64,000 nucleotides of DNA from Solirubrobacterales bacterium (GCA_035264245.1 DATFQO010000049.1:1731-65730), one strand, 5' to 3'; shown: positions 20,558 through 29,264, counted from the stretch's first letter. Notes: generated by a model not told the origin, from the sequence alone. Translations and numbers: made by a program.

Positions 20558-23248
20558 CTACCCGCGGAGCTTCTTCTTCAGCCGCAGGCTGAGGTCGCGG
20601 CTGTTCGGCAGCCCGCCGCGCGGGACGAAGGTGACGGTCAGCCTCAGGCGCACGCTGCCGCCGCGGCTGAGGGCCTGGCGGGCCGGACGTTTGGGAGCGA
20701 CCCGCAGGGTCACCTTGCCGGCCGCCTCGACCTGACGTTGCCGGGGCACGGCGCCGTCGAGGGCGAGCATCCCCGGCCCAGGCACCGCGATCACCAGCTT
20801 GGCGGTCCCGTGGGCGCGGTCGAGACGGATGGCGCTGATCTGGAACGAGTTGTCAGGGGCGACGGCGGTCGCGGCAGGCGGGGTGCCCACCCCGTCCCCA
20901 TCGGACCGCGGCTCGGGATCCGGATCCGTCGTCGGCGGTGGTGGCGGAGGAGGTGGTGGCGGAGGAGGTGGCGGAGGAGGTGGTGGCGGAGGAGGTGGTG
21001 GCGGAGGAGGCTGAACGCTGTTCGCCTGCACGACCGCGCCGCGCCCGGCTGAGCGCCGCCAGACCATCGCCAGGGTCCCGTCCCCGCCGCGGGCGAGGCT
21101 CGGATCACCGGCGCTGCGGCCCGCCGCCGAGAGCGTGACGGTGGCGGCGAGGGCGCCCGCGCCGTCGAGGTCGCGCCGCTGCACGACCCAGTTGGCGCCG
21201 TCGAAGCGGCTCCAGAGCACGGTCGCGCCGCCGCCGGGCCCAGCCCCGACATGCGGGTCGCCGGCGTCGCGGCCGGCGGCCGAGAGCTGGACCGGTGCCG
21301 CGAGCGGGTTGCCGGCGGCGTCGAGCCGCCGCGCCTGGACGACGAAGTTGGCGCCGTCGTAGCGGTCCCAGACAACCGTCGCGGTGCCGTCGGCGCCGAC
21401 CGCGAGTTGGGGCTCGGCGGCGCTGCGGGTGGTGGCGGAGAGGTTGAGGACGCCTCCCGCGGGCGCGGCGCCGGAGGTGAGCCGCTGGCCCTGGACGATC
21501 CAGTTGGCGCCGTCGAAGCGGTTCCAGACGACCGTCGCCCCGCCACCGGGGCCGATCCCCACCTGCGGTTGAATCGCGCTCTCGCCGGTCGCCGAGAGGT
21601 TGGTCGTGGTCGCGGCCGGGGTCCCGGAGGGTTCGACCCGCCGCGCCTGGACGATCGAGTCGGAGCCGTCGAGGCGACTCCAGGCCACCGTCGCGGTGCC
21701 GTCGTCGGCGACCGCGACGGCCGGTTCGACCGCGTCCTGGCCGGATTCCGAGAGCCGCTGCGAGGATCCTTCGGAGGTCCCGTCGGTGGCGATGCGCCGC
21801 ACCTGCGCGAGGTAGTGGAAGCCGTCGAAGCGCTTCCACACCACGGTCGCCTCGCCGTCGGGGGCGACGTCGACCCGCGGCGCCAGCGCGTTCTGCCCGG
21901 AGCCCGAGAGCGTCCGCGTCGCCGCCTCGACCGCACCATCGGCGGCAATCCGCCGCTCCTGGATGCGGAAGTTGGCGCCATCCCAGCCGATCCAGACGGC
22001 GACCGCGGTCCCGTCGGGGGCCACCGCGACTTGCGGCGCCAGCGCGTCGCCGCCCGGCGTTGAGAGCTGCTGGGCCGCCCGGCGCGACCCGTCGGCCTTT
22101 ATCTGCCGCGCGAAGACGGCGAACTCGCCGGCACTGCGCGCGCTCCAGACGACGGTCGCGGTCCCGTCGTCGCCGGCGTCGACGTCGGGACCGGCGGCCA
22201 TTTCCGCCGCAGGGGCCAGGTCCGCAGCTTGCGCCGGGTCCGCGCTCCCGCCGCTCGGCGGCGGCACTTTGGTCAGCGCCGGCAGCGAGACCGGCCCGGG
22301 TACGAAGAGGCTGCTCTGAATCCCCTTGCGGAACTCCTGCTGGGCCGGCGCCGAGCTCTCGATCGGCCAGTCGGCGCGTTTATCGCCCTTCTCGAAGTTC
22401 CAGTTGAACCAGAGGAAGGCGCCGATCTCCGGGTGGTGCGGGAGGTAGGTGGTCAGCATCTCCCGGGTCCAGTCGGTCTTGTTGCCGCCGTACTCGCTCG
22501 AGGCGGTCTCGACGATCGCCAATGGCTTCGTCGGCGCCACTTCCCTGATGATGTCCAGGGTCGGGGTGATCGTCTGCTCGGGATTGATCCACTTGTCCGG
22601 CTGGGCGGGGTTGCGGCCCCAGTTGTAGGTGTCGAGGCCGGTCCAGTCGACGTAGGCGTCGCCCGGGTAGTAGGGCGAGGGGTTCGAGGCCGGGTCGTAC
22701 CAGATGCTGTTCACGACCCAGGTCCAGGTGACGTTGGTCGCGCCCTGACCGACGACGAGGTCGTGGAAGCGACGCCAGGCTGCGATGAAGTCGGGGCTCC
22801 GCCCCCAGGCGTACCAGCCGCCGTTCATCTCCCACCAGGGCGCGAAGAGGAACGGGTGCCCGAAGGCTTTCGCTTCCTGCGCCCATTTTTTGATCGCCGC
22901 GTCCTGTTTGCCGGCGGCGACGTCGGCAAGGGTGATGCCTTCGCCAAGGCCCATCGTCACCAGCGGGATCGCGCCGCGGGCGGCGGTCGCGTCGACCTCC
23001 AGCTGGTCGAACGTCGCCCATTTCTGCCCCTGGTTGAGGATCGCGACCTTCCGGCCGGCGTGACGCTCGAACAGGTCCCAGGCTTCGAGGCTGCGCGGGG
23101 CGTTGCCGGTCTTGCCGTACGTTTCGGCGCTGATCGTCGCGCCAAAGTACATTGCCGCGCCAGCAGGCGCGGCAGCCAACGTCGACGCGATCAGCGCGAG
23201 CGCGCACAAGCACACGATCGCCGACTTGGCAAGACCCCCCTGGACCAT
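20558..23248 (-). CDS. secreted GH26-like glycoside hydrolase paralogue with 8 repeats, Pro26 linker and basic C-terminal domain
   Basis: By eye about 80 percent identical to the neighbouring gene over the catalytic domain. Has 8 repeats, 26 consecutive Pro codons (20933-21010) and a ~130-aa C-terminal extension. Confidence 0.85.
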   Translation of the reverse strand: MVQGGLAKSAIVCLCALALIASTLAAAPAGAAMYFGATISAETYGKTGNAPRSLEAWDLFERHAGRKVAILNQGQKWATFDQLEVDATAARGAIPLVTMGLGEGITLADVAAGKQDAAIKKWAQEAKAFGHPFLFAPWWEMNGGWYAWGRSPDFIAAWRRFHDLVVGQGATNVTWTWVVNSIWYDPASNPSPYYPGDAYVDWTGLDTYNWGRNPAQPDKWINPEQTITPTLDIIREVAPTKPLAIVETASSEYGGNKTDWTREMLTTYLPHHPEIGAFLWFNWNFEKGDKRADWPIESSAPAQQEFRKGIQSSLFVPGPVSLPALTKVPPPSGGSADPAQAADLAPAAEMAAGPDVDAGDDGTATVVWSARSAGEFAVFARQIKADGSRRAAQQLSTPGGDALAPQVAVAPDGTAVAVWIGWDGANFRIQERRIAADGAVEAATRTLSGSGQNALAPRVDVAPDGEATVVWKRFDGFHYLAQVRRIATDGTSEGSSQRLSESGQDAVEPAVAVADDGTATVAWSRLDGSDSIVQARRVEPSGTPAATTTNLSATGESAIQPQVGIGPGGGATVVWNRFDGANWIVQGQRLTSGAAPAGGVLNLSATTRSAAEPQLAVGADGTATVVWDRYDGANFVVQARRLDAAGNPLAAPVQLSAAGRDAGDPHVGAGPGGGATVLWSRFDGANWVVQRRDLDGAGALAATVTLSAAGRSAGDPSLARGGDGTLAMVWRRSAGRGAVVQANSVQPPPPPPPPPPPPPPPPPPPPPPPPPPTTDPDPEPRSDGDGVGTPPAATAVAPDNSFQISAIRLDRAHGTAKLVIAVPGPGMLALDGAVPRQRQVEAAGKVTLRVAPKRPARQALSRGGSVRLRLTVTFVPRGGLPNSRDLSLRLKKKLRG
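20933..21010 (-). repeat. coding microsatellite (CCN)26 encoding poly-proline
   Basis: The plus strand reads imperfect GGTGGTGGCGGAGGA units. In the frame of the 896-aa ORF it gives 26 Pro between NSVQ and TTDPDPEP. Confidence 0.95.
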
Positions 23249-23279
23249 TGTTCGATGCTGGCGAAGCTCGGGCTGTTAG

Positions 23280-24803
23280 TCAAGCGGCGGGGGTAGGGGG
23301 AACCGGCGGTTCAGTCCCCTTCCCGGGGAGCGACTGAGGCTTCTGGGCCTGGGGCGGCAGACTGGGTGCCGCCCCCTGAGGAGGGTTTTCGGACGCCCCT
23401 TTCGGTGGCGGAGCCGGCGGTTCTGAATCCGGCGGAGAGGACGGTTCCGCCGGAGCCGCATCGGGAGCCACCTCCTTTTCCTTGTCCTTTTCCTTGGCCC
23501 CGCCTTCGTCCGGCGGCGGCTTGTTCTCGGCTGCGGTTTCCTGTCCGCCCGCGGCGGGCTGCGACGGTTGCTTTTCCTGACCGTGGCCCCCAGCGTTCTC
23601 GGCTGGCGCGCCCTGCGCCTGGGGGACGGCGGGGCCCTCAGCAGGTTGATGGCCGTGCCCCCTGGCCTGCGACTGGCCATGAGCGGCCTGGTCGCTGCTG
23701 CTGCCGACACCGGTCTCGCCCTTCCCCGACCCGACCGCCGGCTTCTCCCCCGTCTTCGCCCCGCCGGCAACGTTGCCGGCGCCCGCGCCGGGCTCGGAGG
23801 AGCTTCCCTTTTCGTGCGACGGGTGGCTCGCCCCCGGGGCCGCCGGGCCAGACTTGCCGCTGCTCTCGCCCGGCAGGCCGAGGTGGATGACGCCGCCGCG
23901 GTCGGCGGCGGTGACCCCTACCGCGGCGACGACCGCGACCGTCGCCAGCCCTTTAGCCGCCGCCGAGGCGCCGATCGTTTTCGCCGCGCCGCCCCCGAGC
24001 GCCGTCGCCAGGCCACCGCCGGAGGCGGCCTGCGAGCCGCCGCCCAGCAGTCCCTGCAACATGCCCGCCGCCGCCACCCCGGAGAGGGGCGCCAGCGCCG
24101 CCAGGTCCTGCCGACGGCCCTTGAGTTCGTCTCCGAAAGCGCGGCAGCTGGCGCAGGAGCGCAGATGGGCGCGCACGTCGCGGCGACGGGTAACCCGTCC
24201 GTCGCCGTCGGACAGCGCCCGGGTCACCGCATCGCAACCCATCTCACGCCCCTCCTCCATCTGCCGCAGGCTTTTCCGCGCCTCGTAGAGGGTCTGCCGG
24301 GCAACCGCGCCGCTGGTCTCCAGCGCGGCGCCGATCTCCTCGAAGTCCAAGCCGGAAAGCTCGCGCAGCACCAGCACCTCGCGCTGGCGCTCCGGCAGCT
24401 CGCGCAGGTCGACGAGCAGGCGCCGCAGGCGTTCCCGCGTCGCCGCGTCCTCGGCCAGGCCGTACCCCGGAGCGATCTGCTCGACGTCGAGCTCGCGCGT
24501 CTCCCGCCGCCGCCGCAGCAGGTCGATCGACTCGTTGTGGGCGATCCGGTAGAGCCAGGGCTTCAGCTCGATCTTGCGCTCCTCCCCCGGCAACGCCCGC
24601 AGCACCTTGATCATCGTGTTCTGCAGGGCGTCCTGAGCGTCCTCCGGATTGCCGACGATCGCCAGGCAGAAGCGGTAGAGGCTCTGGTGGTAGCGGCGGA
24701 AGATCGCCGCGAAGGCCCGCTCGTCGCCGCCAACGGCACGGCGGGTCAAGCGCTCGTCGGAGAGCATGCGGCTGAAACCCGCCGGGGCAGCTGCTTCGCT
24801 CAT
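23280..24803 (-). CDS. ECF sigma factor fused to a zf-HC2 anti-sigma-like segment and a long disordered tail
   Basis: Sigma-70 regions 2 and 4 in residues ~1-190, then CDAVTRALSDGDG....AHLRSCASC (zf-HC2 pattern), a Gly/Ala-rich hydrophobic stretch and ~230 aa of low-complexity Pro/Gly/Glu/Lys sequence. Confidence 0.8.
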   Translation of the reverse strand: MSEAAAPAGFSRMLSDERLTRRAVGGDERAFAAIFRRYHQSLYRFCLAIVGNPEDAQDALQNTMIKVLRALPGEERKIELKPWLYRIAHNESIDLLRRRRETRELDVEQIAPGYGLAEDAATRERLRRLLVDLRELPERQREVLVLRELSGLDFEEIGAALETSGAVARQTLYEARKSLRQMEEGREMGCDAVTRALSDGDGRVTRRRDVRAHLRSCASCRAFGDELKGRRQDLAALAPLSGVAAAGMLQGLLGGGSQAASGGGLATALGGGAAKTIGASAAAKGLATVAVVAAVGVTAADRGGVIHLGLPGESSGKSGPAAPGASHPSHEKGSSSEPGAGAGNVAGGAKTGEKPAVGSGKGETGVGSSSDQAAHGQSQARGHGHQPAEGPAVPQAQGAPAENAGGHGQEKQPSQPAAGGQETAAENKPPPDEGGAKEKDKEKEVAPDAAPAEPSSPPDSEPPAPPPKGASENPPQGAAPSLPPQAQKPQSLPGKGTEPPVPPTPAA

Positions 24804-24991
24804 TAGACGATCTTCCCATTGCGGGCCATCCGATCAAGGGTAGAGGCGTGCCAACTTTCGATGAAACGGATCCTCCCGCGCGGTTGTCAGTGCCTTGTTG
24901 GGAATGGCCTGACAGATTGGAGACGCGTCCGTTTGTTAAAGAAATCAGTCCAATGGCGGGGTATCTCGCCGGGGGAGACAGGAGGGTCTAC

Positions 24992-25126
24992 ATGATTGGA
25001 GCGCTGATCGGGCTGCTCATCATCGTCGCGATCGTGCTGGTGCTGCTCAACGTCGCGGTCGCCGGAGGAGTCCTGGGCCTGATCGCGCTGATCCTCCTGA
25101 TCCTCCTCCTCCTGGGCCGGATCTGA
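24992..25126 (+). CDS. 44-aa hydrophobic micro-protein (two predicted TM helices)
   Basis: ATG at 24992 is preceded by AGGAGG 7 nt upstream. Sequence MIGALIGLLIIVAIVLVLLNVAVAGGVLGLIALILLILLLLGRI. Confidence 0.4.
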   Translation: MIGALIGLLIIVAIVLVLLNVAVAGGVLGLIALILLILLLLGRI

Positions 25127-25178
25127 GCCTCATCACCGGAAAAATCTGCCTGGCTTATCGCCAGGCGAGGAGGGTACG

Positions 25179-26840
25179 GTGGAGGCGATGAAACTCGTCC
25201 TCGGTCCGCTGCTGCGCTACGTCTCCGACACCGAGGCGACGGTCTGGGTCGAGACCAGCGAGGCCTGCGAGGTCGAGATCCTCGGCCGCACGGAGCACAC
25301 CTTCCGGGTCGAGGGGCACCACTACGCCCTCGTCTCCATCGACGACCTCGAGCCGGGCACGCGCTACGAGTACGAGGTCAAGCTCGACAGCGAAGTCCAC
25401 TGGCCCGAGCCTGATTCCGACCTGCCGCCGAGCGCGATCCGCACGATCGACGCCGACCGCGACCTCGACATCTGCTTCGGCTCCTGCCGCGTCGCCGTCC
25501 CCCACGAGGCGCCCTTCACCGAACCGAAAGACGAGACCGAAATCGGCCACGAGGTCGACGCCCTCTGGGTGCTGGCGAAACAGATGTGCGAGGGCGAGCG
25601 CGACGACTGGCCCGAGCAGCTGTTCCTGCTCGGCGACCAGGTCTACGTCGACGAGGGCTCACCGAAGACGCGGAAGAAGATCAAGGACCGGCGCGGCACC
25701 GACACGCCCCCGTTCGACGAGGTGACCGACTTCGAGGAGTACACCTGGCTCTACCGCGAGAGCTGGGAGGAGCCGCTGATCCGCTGGCTCTTCTCCTGCG
25801 TCTCGGTCTCGATGCTGTGGGACGACCACGACATGAGCGACGACTGGAACATCTCCCGCGGCTGGCTGCTGGAGATGCAGCAGAAGTCCTGGTGGCACCG
25901 GCGCGTGGTCGGCTGCGTCGCCAGCTACTGGATCTACCAGCACATCGGCAACCTCTCCCCGCGCGAGCTGGCCGAGAACGAGGTCTACCAGCGGATGCGC
26001 GGCAACCAGAAAGGCGAGGAAGAGCTGTTCGCCTGGGCGCACCGGATCCAGGCGATGGGCGACGGGACGCGCTGGAGCTTCTGCCGCGACTTCGGCCGCA
26101 CCCGGGCGGTCTTCATCGACGCCCGCGCGGCGCGGGTGCTCGAGGACGGGCGGCGGGCGATCGTCGACGACGAGGAGTGGGAATGGATCGTCGAGCACGC
26201 GAGCGGCGACTTCGACCACCTGCTGATCTGCACGACGATCCCGTGGCTCCTCTCCCCCGCCTTCGAGCGGATCGAGGCCTGGAACGAGCACGTCTGCGAC
26301 GGCGCCTGGGGGCAGCCGGCAGCCTGGGCGAGCGAGAAGCTGCGGCGCGAAGTCGACTTCGACCACTGGCCCGCCTTCGGCGAGTCCTTCGCCAAGCTGC
26401 GCGACCTCCTGCACGAGGTCGCCAGCGGCGAGCGCGGCAAGGTGCCGGCCTCGGTCGTCGTCCTCTCCGGCGACGTCCACCACGCCTACCTCAGCGAGGT
26501 CGCCTTTCCGAAGCCGGCCGACGGAGACGGCGCCGACCGCGCTCCCGTCTACCAGGCGGTCTGCTCCCCCTACCGCAACCCGCTCGACGAAAAAGAGCGG
26601 CGGGTGGTGCGCACCGGCTTCGGCAAACCGCTGACCGTCGTCGCGCGGCTGCTGGCCAAGGCGGCCGGGGCGCCGGACCCGGGCATCCGCTGGCGCACCC
26701 TGGAGGGACCCTGCTTCGACAACCAGGTCGCGACCCTCGAAATCGACGGCCGCCAGGCCCTGATGCGCCTCGACAAGACCGTGCCCGGCGAAGACGGCAA
26801 GGACGCGCTCGAGGAAAGCTTCTCCCGCCGCCTCGCCTGA
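25179..26840 (+). CDS. PhoD-like alkaline phosphatase / metallophosphoesterase family protein
   Basis: N-terminal FN3-like strand pattern (EATVWVETS..YEYEV), LFLLGDQVYVDE, MLWDDHDMSDDWN, LSGDVHHAY. Confidence 0.72.
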   Translation: MEAMKLVLGPLLRYVSDTEATVWVETSEACEVEILGRTEHTFRVEGHHYALVSIDDLEPGTRYEYEVKLDSEVHWPEPDSDLPPSAIRTIDADRDLDICFGSCRVAVPHEAPFTEPKDETEIGHEVDALWVLAKQMCEGERDDWPEQLFLLGDQVYVDEGSPKTRKKIKDRRGTDTPPFDEVTDFEEYTWLYRESWEEPLIRWLFSCVSVSMLWDDHDMSDDWNISRGWLLEMQQKSWWHRRVVGCVASYWIYQHIGNLSPRELAENEVYQRMRGNQKGEEELFAWAHRIQAMGDGTRWSFCRDFGRTRAVFIDARAARVLEDGRRAIVDDEEWEWIVEHASGDFDHLLICTTIPWLLSPAFERIEAWNEHVCDGAWGQPAAWASEKLRREVDFDHWPAFGESFAKLRDLLHEVASGERGKVPASVVVLSGDVHHAYLSEVAFPKPADGDGADRAPVYQAVCSPYRNPLDEKERRVVRTGFGKPLTVVARLLAKAAGAPDPGIRWRTLEGPCFDNQVATLEIDGRQALMRLDKTVPGEDGKDALEESFSRRLA

Positions 26841-26909
26841 GCGTCGGGGTTCCAGTACCGAGTATCGGGTAGAGAGAGCTCGTCCCTGGGAACGAGGAGC
26901 GGAGAGCTT

Positions 26910-29099
26910 GTGAGCAAGGTGCGGTGTAGGTCGATGTCGGGCGCTGCGGTGCTTGCGCTACTGGCGGTCTTGATGCTCGCGCCGACGGCCCAGGCCGACT
27001 TCGCGACCCTCTACGGCGGCGACGTCGCCTGCGCCGCGCAGCCGGCCAACGGCGACGTCCGCCTCTGCGGCGGCGAGACGACCACCTGGGACGGGAAAAC
27101 GCAGATCGACCTCAACGTCGTCCTGCCGCCGCCGCCGAGCGCGGGTGACGACGGGCCGTACCCCCTGATCGGCGTCTTCCACGGCTGGGGTGGCCACAAG
27201 ATCGGGCTCGAAGACGCCCGCGTCCAGGACTGGGCGGAGGCCGGCTACGCGGTGTTCAGCATCAGCGATCGCGGCTGGGGCGAATCGTGCGGCGGTCAGG
27301 ACCCCGACCGGCTGACCGAACCCGAAGCCTGCGCCGCCGGATACAACCATCTGCTCGACACGCGCTACGAGGTCCGCGACGCCCAGTACCTGATCTCGGT
27401 CCTCGCCGACGAAGAGGTCGCCGAGCCGAAGAAGATCGGCGCCACCGGCGTCTCCTACGGCGGCGGCATGTCGCTGGCGCTGGCGGCATTGCGCAACCGC
27501 ACGATGCTGCCCGACGGCTCGCTGGTCCCCTGGAAAAGCCCCGCCGGCACGGCGATGGAACTCGCCGCCGCGGTCCCGCAATGGCCCTGGAGCGACCTCG
27601 CCTACTCGCTGATGCCGAATGGCGGCACCCTCGACTACGCCACCGACTCCCCCTACCGCGGCACCGACGGCAACGCCCCGATCGGGGTCGAGAAGTCCTC
27701 ATACGTGAGCGGCCTCTACGGCCTCGGCCTCGCCAGCAGCAACTACGCCCCGCCAGGGACCGACCCCGACGCCGACCTGACCACCTGGTACGGGCTGATC
27801 AACGCCGGCGAGCCCTACGACTCCAACCCGCTGGCGAACTCGATCATCGACGAGATCACCGCCCACCACTCCTCCTATTACATCGACCACTCGCAGGCGC
27901 CGGCGCCGCTGCTGATCCAGAGCGGCTGGAACGACGACCTCTTCCCGGTTGACGAGGGGGTGCGCTTCTACAACCGCACCCGGGCGCAGTATCCGGGTGA
28001 CCCGATCTCCCTCTTCCTGATGGACGACGGCCACGCCCGCAGCCAGAACAAGCCGGCCGACGAGGCACTCTTCCTGCAGCGCGAGAACGCTTGGTTCGAC
28101 CACTACCTGAAGGGGGCGGGGACGACGCCAAGCTCCAGCGCCGAGGCGCTGACCACCACCTGCGGCGGCCCCTCCGAAGGCCCGTTCGAGGCCGGGGACT
28201 GGCAGAGCCTCTCACCCGGCGAGATCCGCTTCGGCGGCGAGGCGGCTCAGACCGTCCTCCCGGCGGCGGGGGATCCCTCGATCGGCGCCGCCTTCGATCC
28301 GATCGCCGGCAGCGGCGCCTGCGCCACCGCTTCGGGCACCGACCAGGCCGGCGCCGCGAACTACCGTCTCTCCGTCCCGGCGCCCGGCTTCACCCTGCTC
28401 GGCTCGCCGACGGTGATCGCCGACCTGGGGACCGCCAACGCTGACTCGGCCCTCGCCGCCCGCCTGCTCGACGTCGGTCCCGACGGCAAAGAGCGCCTCG
28501 TCGCCCGCGGCCTGCTGCGTCCCGGCAGCGGCGGCGCGGACATCGTCTTCCAGCTCCACCCGCAGGGCTACCGCTTCACCGGCGGCGACACGGTGAAGCT
28601 CGAGCTGCTGCCCTCCGACCCGCCCTACTCGCGGCCGTCGAACATGCAGGCGCCGATCACGGTCTCCAACCTCGAGCTGCGCCTGCCGGTGCGCGAGCAA
28701 CCGGGGGATCTCGGCGGCCTGGTGCAGACCCCGACGGCGCCCGGGCGTGCCGCCGAGCCTTCGCGGGATGGCACCGCCGCTGCCGCACCCATGGGAATCG
28801 CGGGCCTCGTCGGGCGGCTGCGCGCAACGCGCAAGGCGGTACGGGCGCCGATTCAATGTGCCGGCGGCAACTGCAGCGGCAAGCTGTCCCTGAAGCTCGG
28901 CCGGCGGACGCTGACCGCCGGCCCCTACGCAACGCCAGTCGGCCGCTCCCGCCTCACCCTCCCGCTGACCAAATCCGGCCGCCGGGCGCTAGCCAACAAG
29001 CGCCGCGCCGGCAAACGAGGTCTGCGAGTCAAGCTCCACCTGGAAGACGCCGGCCGCCACGCCCCAGTCGACCTAACCCGCCGCCTCCGCCTGCGTTAG
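26910..29099 (+). CDS. secreted alpha/beta hydrolase, CocE/NonD (S15 X-Pro dipeptidyl-peptidase-like) family, with basic C-terminal extension
   Basis: Signal peptide, nucleophile elbow GVSYGGGMS, beta-sandwich C-domain, then a ~100-aa Arg/Lys/Leu-rich tail. Confidence 0.75.
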   Translation: MSKVRCRSMSGAAVLALLAVLMLAPTAQADFATLYGGDVACAAQPANGDVRLCGGETTTWDGKTQIDLNVVLPPPPSAGDDGPYPLIGVFHGWGGHKIGLEDARVQDWAEAGYAVFSISDRGWGESCGGQDPDRLTEPEACAAGYNHLLDTRYEVRDAQYLISVLADEEVAEPKKIGATGVSYGGGMSLALAALRNRTMLPDGSLVPWKSPAGTAMELAAAVPQWPWSDLAYSLMPNGGTLDYATDSPYRGTDGNAPIGVEKSSYVSGLYGLGLASSNYAPPGTDPDADLTTWYGLINAGEPYDSNPLANSIIDEITAHHSSYYIDHSQAPAPLLIQSGWNDDLFPVDEGVRFYNRTRAQYPGDPISLFLMDDGHARSQNKPADEALFLQRENAWFDHYLKGAGTTPSSSAEALTTTCGGPSEGPFEAGDWQSLSPGEIRFGGEAAQTVLPAAGDPSIGAAFDPIAGSGACATASGTDQAGAANYRLSVPAPGFTLLGSPTVIADLGTANADSALAARLLDVGPDGKERLVARGLLRPGSGGADIVFQLHPQGYRFTGGDTVKLELLPSDPPYSRPSNMQAPITVSNLELRLPVREQPGDLGGLVQTPTAPGRAAEPSRDGTAAAAPMGIAGLVGRLRATRKAVRAPIQCAGGNCSGKLSLKLGRRTLTAGPYATPVGRSRLTLPLTKSGRRALANKRRAGKRGLRVKLHLEDAGRHAPVDLTRRLRLR

Positions 29100-29135
29100 C
29101 CGGGGATCGACCGGCGCCAAGAGCAGCCGCGCGCC

Positions 29136-29186
29136 GAAGTCGTGGTTCCTTTTTCACCTATGGCGTCTAAAAGGAACCACGACTTC
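29136..29186. repeat. perfect 18-bp-stem hairpin (core CGTGGTTCCTTT / AAAGGAACCACG)
   Basis: GAAGTCGTGGTTCCTTTT (29136-29153), 15-nt loop, AAAAGGAACCACGACTTC (29169-29186). No U-tract follows. Confidence 0.9.
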
Positions 29187-29207
29187 CACTCCGAGGCCCG
29201 CTGCGCC

Positions 29208-29256
29208 ATCCCGTGGTTCCTTTGTCCTGACATAGCGGACAAAGGAACCACGGGAT
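29208..29256. repeat. perfect 20-bp-stem hairpin sharing the same core
   Basis: ATCCCGTGGTTCCTTTGTCC (29208-29227), 9-nt loop, GGACAAAGGAACCACGGGAT (29237-29256). Confidence 0.9.
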
Positions 29257-29264
29257 TCGCTGCG

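Noticed and set aside
20933-21010. Possible CRISPR-like or intergenic tandem repeat
   Set aside because: It lies inside a continuous reading frame and there are no spacers. It is a coding (CCN)n microsatellite.
18311-23296. Series of plus-strand ORFs (18311-19687, 19739-21052, 21251-22063, 22229-23296), including the poly-Gly ORF at 20799-21014
   Set aside because: All lie opposite the two GH26 genes, which have signal peptides, catalytic motifs and paralogue support. The poly-Gly run is the complement of the poly-Pro tract read in another frame.
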